A stretch of DNA of 64,000 nucleotides from a virus. The translations under genes and the position numbers were made by a program. The DNA lies in IMG/VR virus record IMGVR_UViG_3300042290_000544; one strand, written 5' to 3'. The notes below the pieces were generated by a model, which had not been told where the DNA came from, ran no database searches, and saw nothing but the letters and a program-made list of their open reading frames with translations. Below, piece by piece: positions 1 through 10,001 of the stretch (position 1 is the first letter of the stretch; each line of letters opens with the position of its first letter).

Positions 1-511
1 AAACTGTGGCTGCACTAGAAATAATGACCTTTTTAGGATCGACTCCGAGGTCGGTAATAAGAACACCCTTCACAAAGTCTCCGATATTTCCCGAATATGC
101 ACGGGAAATACGTTTCAGTTTTGAGATAAATGCAAATGGTGAAATACCTGTAATGCTATACACCTGCAAACGGTTATTCATTTTACCGAGAAGAGGGTAT
201 TCGCTTACATAGAAATTTAAATTAATAATCTCCTCGTCATTGGATCCAAAGTCTTTTCGGGCAAGAATAACGTTGATCTTTTCTTGGCCCGTAAATTGGT
301 ATTCTTCAACTAAATTTACTGGGTCCTTTACATTCATTGTAAGCACCAGAGATGATCTATAGATGCTTTCAGTAATTGTAAAATCGGTTACTAATGACCG
401 AATATCAGCCTGGTCACCCGAATGATTCGTAATTGTGACCTCTTGTAAAGAATACGCCGTAGGCAATAATGCCACCGACGAATTAATTGAAATGCCTGTA
501 ATATTAGCCAT
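1..511 (-). CDS. Probable baseplate hub protein (gp27-like), C-terminus runs off the window
   Basis: Open frame MANITGISINSSVALLPTAYSLQEVTITNHSG... overlapping the gp53 stop (ATGGCTAA). Its position after gp53 and the FTITESIY/KDPVNLVE motifs resemble T4-like hub proteins. Not in the ORF track. Confidence 0.5.
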   Translation of the reverse strand, partial: MANITGISINSSVALLPTAYSLQEVTITNHSGDQADIRSLVTDFTITESIYRSSLVLTMNVKDPVNLVEEYQFTGQEKINVILARKDFGSNDEEIINLNFYVSEYPLLGKMNNRLQVYSITGISPFAFISKLKRISRAYSGNIGDFVKGVLITDLGVDPKKVIISSAATV

Positions 512-1388
512 TTAACAGATTCTTGTATGCCTGCGCAAACTGATAAATTGCTTTTGGACGAACTACTCGGATTTTTGATCTTTCTTCATTCAGAGTTGTT
601 TCATGCTGAAAATTAGAAATTGCCGTAAGGTCTCCGTCTGTGGTTCCGGGTTGTACTCCGGGTCCGCCATTATCTATGGTTTTACTTTCATCAATGTTTA
701 AGGCATTATATGAAATAAGACCATTCGCATCTTCGTAGTGGTGCGGAGCATCACGATGAGAATATACCTCATACGTTGAAACAATATCACCTGATAAGTT
801 ACCTCTGATGTTTTCGGAGATTAACTGATTGGGATTTCTTGTATCGGCAAGAAAGGTACCCGTTACACTTCTTAGTACCAATTGACACATCTGAACATTC
901 TTTTCTTTTAGAATACCAGTGGCTCCCGAAGTCATACCAACAATAGTCTCACCCCGGAAATATGAATGTGATGCCACATCAAATCTGTCAATAAGGTTGA
1001 ATCTATCTGCCAGAGAATTTGCAACCTGGGCGATCAGACCATCTCCCGTGACAACGTATTTTGGACGAGTCTGAATAACTGTGCCACCATATTCAAGATT
1101 CATATAGTCTTCAAACTGAGTTCCCGTCATCGGCCAACCGGAAAGACCATTCTTTAAGTGATCGTTACAAAGAAAAAAGGTCCAATAGTATTCTGGGGTA
1201 CCGTAAAGAGCATTTGATACGATGTCGGGACGGTCGCCGTCCTTAATGTCGTAATACTCATATGTTGCAAGGTCATCAAAAAAGGTCTCATCAATTTTGA
1301 TAAAACGAAATAAATCAACGATTGTTGTATCTATTCCATTCTGTTCAAAATCATAGGTGGTTTTCGGAAACTGTCTGAAGAAGGCCAT
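504..1388 (-). CDS. gp53: Baseplate wedge subunit gp53
   Basis: MAFFRQFP start; YDIKDGDRPDIVSNALYGTPEYYWTFFLCN and C-terminal NEERSKIRVVRP motifs. Confidence 0.85.
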   Translation of the reverse strand: MAFFRQFPKTTYDFEQNGIDTTIVDLFRFIKIDETFFDDLATYEYYDIKDGDRPDIVSNALYGTPEYYWTFFLCNDHLKNGLSGWPMTGTQFEDYMNLEYGGTVIQTRPKYVVTGDGLIAQVANSLADRFNLIDRFDVASHSYFRGETIVGMTSGATGILKEKNVQMCQLVLRSVTGTFLADTRNPNQLISENIRGNLSGDIVSTYEVYSHRDAPHHYEDANGLISYNALNIDESKTIDNGGPGVQPGTTDGDLTAISNFQHETTLNEERSKIRVVRPKAIYQFAQAYKNLLNG

Positions 1389-1392
1389 TGTA

Positions 1393-2163
1393 TTATTTTG
1401 TTGAGAGCGCTGCAATTTCCTGACGGGTCAGAGCTTTAATCTCTTGGAATTGAATGGCAACATCAACCTCAAGAGGGCTTCCATCATCATGGAACATATT
1501 AGTCGAAGAATTAAATGTAGTGGTAAGACCCGTAAGGTATGAAGTATAAATTCCTGGAATGTGTTTATTATTTTCAATACCTTTACCGTCAAAAAATTTA
1601 ATCGACCAGGTAGGAGGATATGCCATGATCACGTCGGTACCGATCGGATACATTTTTTCTTGAAATGTCCGTATAATTTCTCTGGCGGCATACGAATCTT
1701 TTAAGGTTCTGCTTACCAACTTAAAATTAAATTGGAATGAACGTATATTAGAATTTTGAAAGGTCGTATTAGTATTTGGAGCAATTACTTGCTTATTTGC
1801 AAAATCAATCACGTTTGCGACCTGTTCTTGTCTAAGAAGCTGTCGTGCGGCAATTGATGCTGCTGCCGCTACATTTGCACTTTTAGCTTTTGCTAAAAGT
1901 TCATTTCCCGCGGTTTTAGCCCCTGCCCCAATTGCGTTTGCTAGATTACCCTCTCCAGCAGCAGCAACCATACCCTTTGCCGCAACATCGCCTAAAATTC
2001 CTAAATCAATCGTCGAATACGTCATCGAATCGGAGAAAGTAAGACCCTGTGGGATGGGAAAAAAGATAGGTTTAGCATCATTATCCGCACACGTAAAATT
2101 GACACAGGGCCAAGCCTTAAAATCATCTCGGAGTTCTTGGGGGAATGCTAGAATAGAAGACAT
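1393..2163 (-). CDS. gp48: Baseplate tail tube cap gp48
   Basis: PNT..F....RSFQFNFKL and final QFQEIKALTR motifs; synteny with gp53 and gp4. Confidence 0.75.
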   Translation of the reverse strand: MSSILAFPQELRDDFKAWPCVNFTCADNDAKPIFFPIPQGLTFSDSMTYSTIDLGILGDVAAKGMVAAAGEGNLANAIGAGAKTAGNELLAKAKSANVAAAASIAARQLLRQEQVANVIDFANKQVIAPNTNTTFQNSNIRSFQFNFKLVSRTLKDSYAAREIIRTFQEKMYPIGTDVIMAYPPTWSIKFFDGKGIENNKHIPGIYTSYLTGLTTTFNSSTNMFHDDGSPLEVDVAIQFQEIKALTRQEIAALSTK

Positions 2164-2177
2164 AAATATCTATTTAT

Positions 2178-2618
2178 ATGACATATAAGGGCACCTTCAC
2201 ACCTAAGAATCCATCCAAATATCGAGGCAATGTGTCGAACATTGTCTATCGTTCTCTCTGGGAGCGACAGCTCTTTAGATGGCTCGACGAACAGTCATTC
2301 ATTGCGTCATGGTGCTCGGAAGAGGTTGTGGTACCGTACCGCTGTAAGACGGACGGACGGATTCATCGGTACTTTGTCGATGTCAAGTTTGAATTTACCG
2401 ATGGGCGCGTAATGTTGATCGAGGTAAAACCCAAGAAAGAAGTGAGTCCACCCAAGAATCCTGGTAAAAAGACTAAGAGATACATTACCGAGGTCATGAC
2501 ATATGCAAAAAACATCTCTAAATGGGAAGCGGCAACCGAGTACGCGAGCGACCGAGGGTGGATTTTTGAGATTTGGGACGAAGACATGCTCCGTAAGTTG
2601 GGCATTAAGATACTCTAA
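2178..2618 (+). CDS. gp4: Head completion nuclease gp4 (TnsA-like)
   Basis: YKG.F.PKNP.KY.G, YRSLWE, HRYFVD, IEVKP and N..KW.AA motifs. Confidence 0.92.
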   Translation: MTYKGTFTPKNPSKYRGNVSNIVYRSLWERQLFRWLDEQSFIASWCSEEVVVPYRCKTDGRIHRYFVDVKFEFTDGRVMLIEVKPKKEVSPPKNPGKKTKRYITEVMTYAKNISKWEAATEYASDRGWIFEIWDEDMLRKLGIKIL

Positions 2619-2637
2619 ACACATATAAATAGAACTA

Positions 2638-3237
2638 ATGCCAGTCTCACTCTTCACAACACTTGAAAAAGAATTCAACTCCACGGGGTTTGAAAAGCGT
2701 TCGATTGAGGCAAAGGATTGGTTCATTCAGAGAGTAAAGGAGCTAAATGGTAGAATCAATCGTAGGGCGCTCCTCAACGACGATAAGGTGCAACAGCGTT
2801 CAAAGGCAATTTGGGGCAATATGTACATGTTTGCCTATGATCCTAAGTTCAAAGAGGAACTTCCGTATTACGATAGATTTCCGTTGGTTTTAGTAATCGG
2901 TCCCGCGACCGGAGGTTTCCTTGGTCTCAACCTACACTACCTACATCCAAAGATCCGGGCCAAATTTCTTGATAAACTGCTTGGCACCCTTTCCGATGAT
3001 AAACTTACAGAGAAAACTCGGCTCAAGATTCGTTATAGCCTCCTTGCAAGTGCCCGAAGACTCCGTGAATTTGCACCTTGCCTCAAGCACTATCTTACGG
3101 GTCATATGAAAACCCGCCCATCTCAGGTATTCGCACCCGACTGGGAAACAGCAATCTTCCTACCAACCGAACACTTTAAAGGTGGCACAAAGACTCAGAT
3201 TTGGTTGGACTCTCGCAAACAGTATTCCGCGCGATAA
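2638..3237 (+). CDS. gp2: DNA end protector protein gp2
   Basis: YDPK.K..LPYYD.FPLV and GLNLHYL motifs; late promoter TATAAATA upstream. Confidence 0.92.
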   Translation: MPVSLFTTLEKEFNSTGFEKRSIEAKDWFIQRVKELNGRINRRALLNDDKVQQRSKAIWGNMYMFAYDPKFKEELPYYDRFPLVLVIGPATGGFLGLNLHYLHPKIRAKFLDKLLGTLSDDKLTEKTRLKIRYSLLASARRLREFAPCLKHYLTGHMKTRPSQVFAPDWETAIFLPTEHFKGGTKTQIWLDSRKQYSAR

Positions 3238-3240
3238 TTT

Positions 3241-3762
3241 ATGTCATCAATTAACGACTTAAAATCCCAGTTAATTAAAAGAAGCGGTCCTGCTCATCAG
3301 AATCGGTTTAAGCTCATGGCCACGCTACCACCGGCGGTGAGGTCACTTACAAACTCAGAGGATCTAAATATCCTATGTGAGAATTGTACACTTCCGGGAA
3401 GACAGATCAATACCTTCGACTATCAGCTATTGAGACAGTCTATTAAAATTCCGAATGGATACATTAACGAAGATGTAAATTTTACTTTTCTTCTTACAAA
3501 CGACTACCACATTAAAAAGGTATTTGATCTTTGGTCTTCAAGCACCATTGATTTTTCAACATACCGAGCCAAGTACCTTGATAGTTACGCTGGCACATTT
3601 GAAATTTGGCAATTGGATAAAAATGACAGAAAGGTTTATGGTGTTCGTTTAAATAATGCATTTCCTATTTCTCTGACGGGTATTGGTCTTGACAATAATG
3701 CAGAGAATACCATTCAGAAATTTAATGTAACAGTAGCATACGAGGACTTTGCTACAATCTAA
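3241..3762 (+). CDS. Tail tube family protein (gp54/gp19-like)
   Basis: C....LPG, Y...L.NAFP and FNVTVAY tail-tube-fold motifs; synteny. Confidence 0.7.
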   Translation: MSSINDLKSQLIKRSGPAHQNRFKLMATLPPAVRSLTNSEDLNILCENCTLPGRQINTFDYQLLRQSIKIPNGYINEDVNFTFLLTNDYHIKKVFDLWSSSTIDFSTYRAKYLDSYAGTFEIWQLDKNDRKVYGVRLNNAFPISLTGIGLDNNAENTIQKFNVTVAYEDFATI

Positions 3763-3804
3763 TTAGTCCTCATTGAGTGAATCACTCTACAAAATCATAA
3801 TACT

Positions 3805-4512
3805 ATGGCACTACCAATCATTGAAACACCGAAATATGAAACAAAACTTCCTTCCAGCGGAAAGAAGTTGGTCTACCGTCCGTATCTGGTAAAGGAAGAA
3901 AAGATCCTAATGATGGCGATTGAATCTGAGGATCAAAAGCAGATTATGCAGGCAATGAAGGATACTATTGCTTCCTGCACCTTTGGTAAAATTGATCCCA
4001 ATACCCTACCGATTTTTGACCTGGAATACATTTTTCTAAAACTACGTTCAAAATCCGTGGGCGAAGTTGCCAAAATTGGTATCAAGTGCACAAGTTGTGA
4101 AAAATCAACTGTGAATGAAGTAAATCTTGATGAAATCGCTGTGAATACAGAGAACGCTCCGTCCAATAAAATTAAACTGAATGACAAAATCGGAGTTATC
4201 ATGCGTTGGCCCGATGTAAATTTCATTACGGAAATGACGGGCAAATCAAAGGTCGAACAAAAAGCTGCGGCATATGACGTGCTTGTTCATTGTATTGAAT
4301 CCATTTTTGATGACAAAAAGGTATATCCAACCTCAGAACAGTCTCGGGAAGAGGTTATTACCTTCATTGAATCATTGAATCAGGTCCAATTCCAGAAGAT
4401 TCAAGAATTCATTGAGGCAATGCCAAAGCTTGAACATGAAGTTTCTTTTACCTGCAAACACTGCCAACATGAAAACAAGGTAATGCTCAGAGGACTCCAG
4501 AATTTTTTCTAA
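3805..4512 (+). CDS. gp26: Baseplate hub subunit / assembly chaperone gp26
   Basis: MALP...P.Y...LPS.GK...YRP.LVKEEKIL, LRSKSVGE, two CxxC pairs, ends GLQNFF. Confidence 0.88.
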   Translation: MALPIIETPKYETKLPSSGKKLVYRPYLVKEEKILMMAIESEDQKQIMQAMKDTIASCTFGKIDPNTLPIFDLEYIFLKLRSKSVGEVAKIGIKCTSCEKSTVNEVNLDEIAVNTENAPSNKIKLNDKIGVIMRWPDVNFITEMTGKSKVEQKAAAYDVLVHCIESIFDDKKVYPTSEQSREEVITFIESLNQVQFQKIQEFIEAMPKLEHEVSFTCKHCQHENKVMLRGLQNFF

Positions 4513-4697
4513 TAGCCCTCTCCCACGATACACTGGTTAACCACTATCAAACGAACTTTGCAATGATGCAACATCATAAATACAGTCTTACAGAACTTGA
4601 TCATATGATGCCTTGGGAGAGGGAAATCTACGTTTCACTATTAGTTGAGCATATCAAGGAAGAAAACGAAAGAGCTAGAAAGAAATCTCAAAAATAA
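4512..4697 (+). CDS. gp51: gp51-like baseplate hub assembly catalyst in the -1 frame of gp26, possibly reached by frameshift
   Basis: Open frame IALSHDTLVNHYQTNFAMMQHHKYSLTELDHMMPWEREIYVSLL...; slippery TTTTTTC at 4503-4509. Confidence 0.7.
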   Translation: MALSHDTLVNHYQTNFAMMQHHKYSLTELDHMMPWEREIYVSLLVEHIKEENERARKKSQK

Positions 4698-4705
4698 CAA
4701 CACCC

Positions 4706-6892
4706 ATGGCCGACGATAAAGACAGCACATTTAAAGATATTCTATATCAACTTCAGGTTGCGAATGAAGGCATGTTTGATAATATCTCGGTACTCAATAA
4801 GATTGAAAAACTTCTTGATGTGGGAAATATGCAGTCGTTGGCTTTCCAAACCGCCGAAAAAGAGGGTCCGAAAACTGAAACATCGGACGTCGGCGATAAT
4901 AAGGAGGTTGTTGCGGGATTGAGTTTTCTGGCTGATATAGGCACCTCAAGTCTAAAAACTCTAAACAGAATAGACTTTGCATCAGATATTACGATGCAAA
5001 GAATTGTGGAAATGACGGATGCAGCAAAAGCAAGCGGTCTTCAGGCATTAGAAAATAATAGGGAGATGTTTGAAGTATTTGAAAAAATTCAAGAAGCTCT
5101 AAAAAACAAACCAGAAAACCCAGAGAAACCAGACAAATCAGATAAACCAGAAATGAGTTGGGCCACATGGGCAGTTGCCGTGGGTGCAGCTCTATTGGGT
5201 TTTGTCGAAGGCTTTGTGGCAGAATTGGCAATTCAAGCCAAAGCTCTATTCACTAGACTCACTAAACTTTTAGACTTTGGTCCTCTATTAGCAAAAATTA
5301 AAGGTTCAAAGTTTGTTCTTACGATAACAAGAGCATTTGAATCCATTGTTTTATTTGGCGAACGTCTTGGTGCCAAAATGGGTGACTTGTTTAAGATGTT
5401 CAAAAACTCGAACTTTGTTACGAAAATTACCGAAGGATTCACCAAGGTTTTAGATATCGGTAAGGACTTTGGTGCAAAGGTTAAAGGTATTTTTACCTCA
5501 GTTAAGAGTTTCTTTACTAATATAATACTAAAAATTAAAAATATTGCAACAGGTATTTCTACGGCATTTGCTCCGGTAAGAGCTGCATTTGATGCGGTAA
5601 TGAAATCTTTAGGGTTTGTGGATGAAGGAGCAAAATCAGTAGGTTTCTTTGGAAGAGCCATTAAAAGTATATCGGAAAAATTCGGGTTCTTAAAAAATAT
5701 TGCAACTAAATTTTTTGGATTGGGCAAAGCATTTGGATCATTTCTAGGAAAATTCATGAAATTCATTCCTGGCATAGGAGCTGTTGTAGCAGTTATTGTG
5801 GGTATATTTGATTCAATTACAGGCTTCATCGATGGGTTTACAAAAACCGAAGGCAGTCTTATTGATAAGATTGTGGGCGGACTTAAAGGTGGTTTAACCG
5901 GACTTGTTAACGGTTTAATTGGAGGTCTCCTTGATATGCTCAAGGGTGCAGTTTCATGGATTGCAAAGGCTCTTGGTTTTGACGGTATTGCGGCAGCCCT
6001 GGACAGCTTTAGTTTTAGTGAAATTCTCGGTAAACTAATCGGCAATCTTGTCGATGGTGTTGTAGGATTCTTTACCGATCAATTTGCGGTATTTAAAGTT
6101 CTATTCGATAACATTAAAAAGATGTTTAGCGGAGAGATTGATTTTAAAACGCTATTCCTTGAACTAATGGGTGGTATCATTAGAACCTTATTGGCACCAG
6201 TAAATGCCATTGGCAAATTAGCTGGGTTCGACATTACCAAGAAGGCTCTGAGTCTATTGGGCCTTCCAGATACAGGAAGAACCGATGTTGGTGGTACTCC
6301 TAAAGCTCCAAAGGTTAAAGCCGATGCAGAAGTAAAGCCGGGAGAAAATGCTACTGAAACAAATACCGTAACAACTTCTACATCCGAAAGCATTTCTCTA
6401 TCCGACAGAGAACGTCTTGAAAAAGAAGCACTCACTTCTACATCTGCGCTAGTAACAAATAATTCTATAATTGCCGCGCCGGGACAAGTTCAAACCTTGG
6501 TTGCACCAGCAGACATTAATTTAACACCAATTGCAAATGTTAATGCGCCGATGGTCGGTAGCGATGCCGAAGTTCTAAATCGCTATGCCGAAACTGCTGA
6601 ACTTGAGGCTCCGATGGTCGGTAGCGATGCCGCAGTTCTAAGTCGCTATGCCGAAACTGCTGAACTTGAAGCAATTGATAGTCCTATTGTCGGCGCCGAA
6701 ATGAATGCACTTCAGTCAGACACGGCTCAAGCAGAAGCAGAACGTGCATCTACTCCTATTGTGATTCCTGCACCTGCATCGGGTCGAGGTGGCGACCGTA
6801 AGGTTATCAATAACTCACAGGCAATTACCTACAACTCCAATAATATGCCCGACCGTACGGGCTGGATGTTGACTCCACAATTCGGGTACTAA
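4706..6892 (+). CDS. Tape measure-like / gp29-like baseplate hub protein
   Basis: Long helical protein with Gly/Ala/Phe amphipathic repeats, directly after gp26/gp51. Confidence 0.6.
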   Translation: MADDKDSTFKDILYQLQVANEGMFDNISVLNKIEKLLDVGNMQSLAFQTAEKEGPKTETSDVGDNKEVVAGLSFLADIGTSSLKTLNRIDFASDITMQRIVEMTDAAKASGLQALENNREMFEVFEKIQEALKNKPENPEKPDKSDKPEMSWATWAVAVGAALLGFVEGFVAELAIQAKALFTRLTKLLDFGPLLAKIKGSKFVLTITRAFESIVLFGERLGAKMGDLFKMFKNSNFVTKITEGFTKVLDIGKDFGAKVKGIFTSVKSFFTNIILKIKNIATGISTAFAPVRAAFDAVMKSLGFVDEGAKSVGFFGRAIKSISEKFGFLKNIATKFFGLGKAFGSFLGKFMKFIPGIGAVVAVIVGIFDSITGFIDGFTKTEGSLIDKIVGGLKGGLTGLVNGLIGGLLDMLKGAVSWIAKALGFDGIAAALDSFSFSEILGKLIGNLVDGVVGFFTDQFAVFKVLFDNIKKMFSGEIDFKTLFLELMGGIIRTLLAPVNAIGKLAGFDITKKALSLLGLPDTGRTDVGGTPKAPKVKADAEVKPGENATETNTVTTSTSESISLSDRERLEKEALTSTSALVTNNSIIAAPGQVQTLVAPADINLTPIANVNAPMVGSDAEVLNRYAETAELEAPMVGSDAAVLSRYAETAELEAIDSPIVGAEMNALQSDTAQAEAERASTPIVIPAPASGRGGDRKVINNSQAITYNSNNMPDRTGWMLTPQFGY
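6545..6670 (+). repeat. In-frame 63-bp tandem duplication (APMVGSDAxVLxRYAETAELE x2)
   Basis: Units at 6545-6607 and 6608-6670 are nearly identical. Confidence 0.95.
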
Positions 6893-6920
6893 AAAGAGGG
6901 TCCCCTTTCGAGGACCCTCT
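6891..6920 (-). terminator. Intrinsic terminator between convergent genes
   Basis: AGAGGGTCC/GGACCCTCT stem flanked by an A-run (U-tail on the minus strand). Confidence 0.8.
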
Positions 6921-6951
6921 CATCATAATATAAAGATCAAGCCGATACGGA

Positions 6952-7881
6952 TTAGTCTTCCTTTGCTAGCTTGGCAAAGTAACTAAGGGTGTCCCCTGTA
7001 TCTTCTTCATCATCGCTGCCTGCCTCAACAGGCTTAAATGCTTCTCTTGGAGCAGCCGCTTCAACAGTGGCCTTTCGCGGAGCCGGTTGGGATTCGCTCA
7101 ATTCAACCGCTTCCGCAGTTGTAAGGACCTGACCTTCTTCACCGAGAACTTCATACAATTTACGTTTGAGTTCGGCGTATGACTTGTAGTTCTTAGGATC
7201 AACAAAGTCCTTAAGTGCGTGCATTGAGTTGTAGATGGCTTCCAACTTAGCTTCATCTCCACCGAAGAGAGGAGCCGCAGGAGCAAACTCCGATTTGTCG
7301 TAGTTGCGGTAACCCTCAACATTACGAATCTTGAGCTTAAAATCGGCACCCGACCAGAAGTCAAATGGATTCACCGGCTTCTCATCTTGGAAGGCTGGTT
7401 GCATTACATCCAGCATCTTATCGAAGATTTTCTTGCCGAATTTATAGAGGAATACCTTACCTTCGTTGGCTGGATTTGCTGGGTCGGAAATCACGAGGAT
7501 GTTTGAAACATAGTGAAGACGGCGTTTCTGAGTACGAGCGACTTCCTTATCCTTCTCATCACCAGAATTCCAGAGCTTGGAGTTGAGTTCACCAACGGGG
7601 TCTTGCTGACCAATTGAACTGAGAGAGTTCTCGATGTACCAACGTCCGGTTGGACCCTTGAAGCCATGGTCCCAGTAACGGACCCATGGAAGTTCCTCAC
7701 CAGCCTTAGCCGGAAGGAAACGAATAACTGCATAACCGTTACCAGCTTTGTCTACAATAGGAGCCCAGAGGCGGTCGTCCGTGTAGGATTTCTTCTCGCC
7801 GCCACCGGCGACTTTTTGAGCAGCCGCTGTGAGGCTACTGATTGCATTATTGCGATTATTTTTGAGTGCTGCGAATGACAT
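6952..7881 (-). CDS. gp32: Single-stranded DNA binding protein gp32
   Basis: DKAGNGYAVIRFLP, WYIENSL, EGKVFLYKFGKKIFDK and YRNYDKSEF motifs; acidic tail. Confidence 0.96.
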   Translation of the reverse strand: MSFAALKNNRNNAISSLTAAAQKVAGGGEKKSYTDDRLWAPIVDKAGNGYAVIRFLPAKAGEELPWVRYWDHGFKGPTGRWYIENSLSSIGQQDPVGELNSKLWNSGDEKDKEVARTQKRRLHYVSNILVISDPANPANEGKVFLYKFGKKIFDKMLDVMQPAFQDEKPVNPFDFWSGADFKLKIRNVEGYRNYDKSEFAPAAPLFGGDEAKLEAIYNSMHALKDFVDPKNYKSYAELKRKLYEVLGEEGQVLTTAEAVELSESQPAPRKATVEAAAPREAFKPVEAGSDDEEDTGDTLSYFAKLAKED

Positions 7882-7926
7882 AGTATTTTAGTATGGTTGT
7901 ATGATTGACGTATATGATAATATCCT

Positions 7927-8547
7927 TTATTCCCTATTTGTAAACCTCAAAAGTACGATTTCTCGTAACTTTTTTATGTCTACCTTCTGTCTTAGGAATG
8001 GCTTGAACTTTAGAACTTTCTTGGAAAACTCGGGCCATAGAATGGTCTCCGTAATCTTCGAGCGTTTCATAAAGCCCACCATAATGTCGAGAACTACCAA
8101 GGTTTCAAGCTCAATAGTTTTGTCCATCACCAGTGTGGCAATTCGTGGATGAGCTCCATTCTCCGACTTGAATAAGTCATCAAATGAAATCCCACTACCC
8201 CTACAGTGCTCCACCAGTCTGTCTACTTGATCGCCAAAGAAATAACTCATTGACTCTATCCGTTTGAGATAGAACTTGTAGTTATCGTCTGCCGATTGTT
8301 CAACTAGATTGCCTGCCCAGCACTTACCCGTATCCAAGGATGCAAAGTTCGCAACCAGGAAGTCAATCAAAATTTGTTTGTCGGGATACTTCTTGGCCAA
8401 TTTAGCAAAGAAGTATTTGTCCTTACGTTGAAAGAACGACTTCTGGGTCGCAGAAGTTTTAAAACTGTATTTGAGTGCGTCATAAGAATCGCTCTCAAAG
8501 TGCAGTTTAACACTAGTATATATCAAATATGAGTCCCAGGGCTGCAT
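7927..8547 (-). CDS. gp59: Helicase loader gp59
   Basis: Y..Y..KLHF...YD..KY and RKDKYFF.KL motifs; adjacent to gp32. Confidence 0.85.
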   Translation of the reverse strand: MQPWDSYLIYTSVKLHFESDSYDALKYSFKTSATQKSFFQRKDKYFFAKLAKKYPDKQILIDFLVANFASLDTGKCWAGNLVEQSADDNYKFYLKRIESMSYFFGDQVDRLVEHCRGSGISFDDLFKSENGAHPRIATLVMDKTIELETLVVLDIMVGFMKRSKITETILWPEFSKKVLKFKPFLRQKVDIKKLREIVLLRFTNRE

Positions 8548-9023
8548 TTTAATTTGTCAATTTCCTGTTTAATATGATCCCTTAGCCTGCATTCAAGGTC
8601 AGACGCAAGGTTAATGATTTTGTTATCGATGTAGTGTTTAAGACTGGTCTCATAGGAATTATTACACTCCTTAACATACATCTGTTCCAAAATCGGAACA
8701 TGATTTTCTAGAACGGATTGGGCAATCTTTTCCACATACTTATCTAAGGGGTATATACCCGAAACTGTTCCTCTTGTGGCTTGAACTTGAATATGATCCT
8801 CGCTATAGGTAACACGTTGCGTGGTTGTTGAATTCCACGTGGAGGGAAACGAAAGACTATTAGCTCCAACAGAATATAGCGATGAGGCGCCGTTAGCCCA
8901 ATCATTGGTCATCTGAATCGCCGGCGACTGAACTGCAACGGCTGGAGGCTCTTCCTTTACAGGCTTGGGCTTCGGATATAGCTCCTCAAGTTTTTCAATG
9001 AGACTGTCACTGATTGTATTCAT
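8523..9023 (-). CDS. Hypothetical protein
   Basis: ORF tightly packed in the operon. Confidence 0.6.
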   Translation of the reverse strand: MNTISDSLIEKLEELYPKPKPVKEEPPAVAVQSPAIQMTNDWANGASSLYSVGANSLSFPSTWNSTTTQRVTYSEDHIQVQATRGTVSGIYPLDKYVEKIAQSVLENHVPILEQMYVKECNNSYETSLKHYIDNKIINLASDLECRLRDHIKQEIDKLKCSPGTHI

Positions 9024-9024
9024 A

Positions 9025-9258
9025 TTACATGAAGGAATCTAATGAGTTGCTTTTGGGTAATAGATTGCGTGTCATTGCTTCGGCTTCAATCTTTGATTTA
9101 ATGACGGGAGAGATGAGTTTACCAATGTCCAATGGGTCAATTTGCTTCTCTTCACAATAATGAAGAACTGCTTCCATATAGGTCATCTTTTCATCAATAA
9201 CCAATTTTTCAATGATGGTTGCAAGACTTTGTTTCGTGAGGATATTATCGAGGAGCAT
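9025..9258 (-). CDS. gp33: Late transcription coactivator gp33
   Basis: YMEAVLHYCEE..ID, LIS..IKSKIEAEA...NLL motifs; gp33-gp59-gp32 synteny. Confidence 0.85.
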   Translation of the reverse strand: MLLDNILTKQSLATIIEKLVIDEKMTYMEAVLHYCEEKQIDPLDIGKLISPVIKSKIEAEAMTRNLLPKSNSLDSFM

Positions 9259-9265
9259 GGTGGTA

Positions 9266-9613
9266 TTAACGGTGGAGTTCTACGCGTTGAATACGGTAGT
9301 TAATGACCGTTTCAGGAAGGTTCATGTCCTTTACAATTTTGGCACGTTCGGGAGAATTGTCAGTTTCATAGTAGTACATGATACCATATACAAAATGGCT
9401 GTTCTTGTACTTATTAAAGTTGAGTAACTTTTCAATCTGCGCCTCGAACGGCATATCCGAATAGAATTTTGGTGACGGATTCGTCTCACTCTTGACTTCA
9501 AGAGGATATAATTCATTCAGTTTATCTAAGACGGATTTCTTGCTTCCGATGATGACGGTGCTCATGCGAGCAATCGCCATTACATCTGTTGGTTCTTTTA
9601 CTGGAGTGTCCAT
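9266..9613 (-). CDS. Hypothetical protein
   Basis: ORF in the operon. Confidence 0.55.
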   Translation of the reverse strand: MDTPVKEPTDVMAIARMSTVIIGSKKSVLDKLNELYPLEVKSETNPSPKFYSDMPFEAQIEKLLNFNKYKNSHFVYGIMYYYETDNSPERAKIVKDMNLPETVINYRIQRVELHR

Positions 9614-9619
9614 AATTTT

Positions 9620-9997
9620 TTAGATTGATACTAACTTGTACTTCTTACCGTCGATCTCAACAACCTTGCCTTCGCAAGATGGTTTGGGTTTAGTGTATTC
9701 GTTGAACTCTTTTTCGGACATTAGTTCACCATTAACCCACCATTCTTTATAACTATTAGCCCATTCAATAGCTGGTCCATCAAGGCGATGACGTTTATCA
9801 TTCACATACCATTCTTTATCACCATCGGCGCATTCGATAGCGGGACCATCTAACCGATGTAATTTATCATTTACCCACCATTCTCTATCGCCGTTAGCGC
9901 CTTCAAAGGCGGGTCCGTCAAGGCGGTGCCGTTCCTCTTTATCGTTGAACCATTGAATGTTTTTACCACAGTCGACCGTTACTTTATATGTTTGCAT
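9620..9997 (-). CDS. HRLDGPA-repeat (MORN-like) protein
   Basis: Three 23-aa HRLDGPA.E...G.KEW repeats; likely start MQTYKVTVD. Confidence 0.8.
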   Translation of the reverse strand: MQTYKVTVDCGKNIQWFNDKEERHRLDGPAFEGANGDREWWVNDKLHRLDGPAIECADGDKEWYVNDKRHRLDGPAIEWANSYKEWWVNGELMSEKEFNEYTKPKPSCEGKVVEIDGKKYKLVSI

Positions 9998-10001
9998 AAT
10001 T

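Noticed and set aside
5233-6435. Long antisense ORFs within the tape-measure-like gene
   Set aside because: Shadow frames of the real plus-strand gene.
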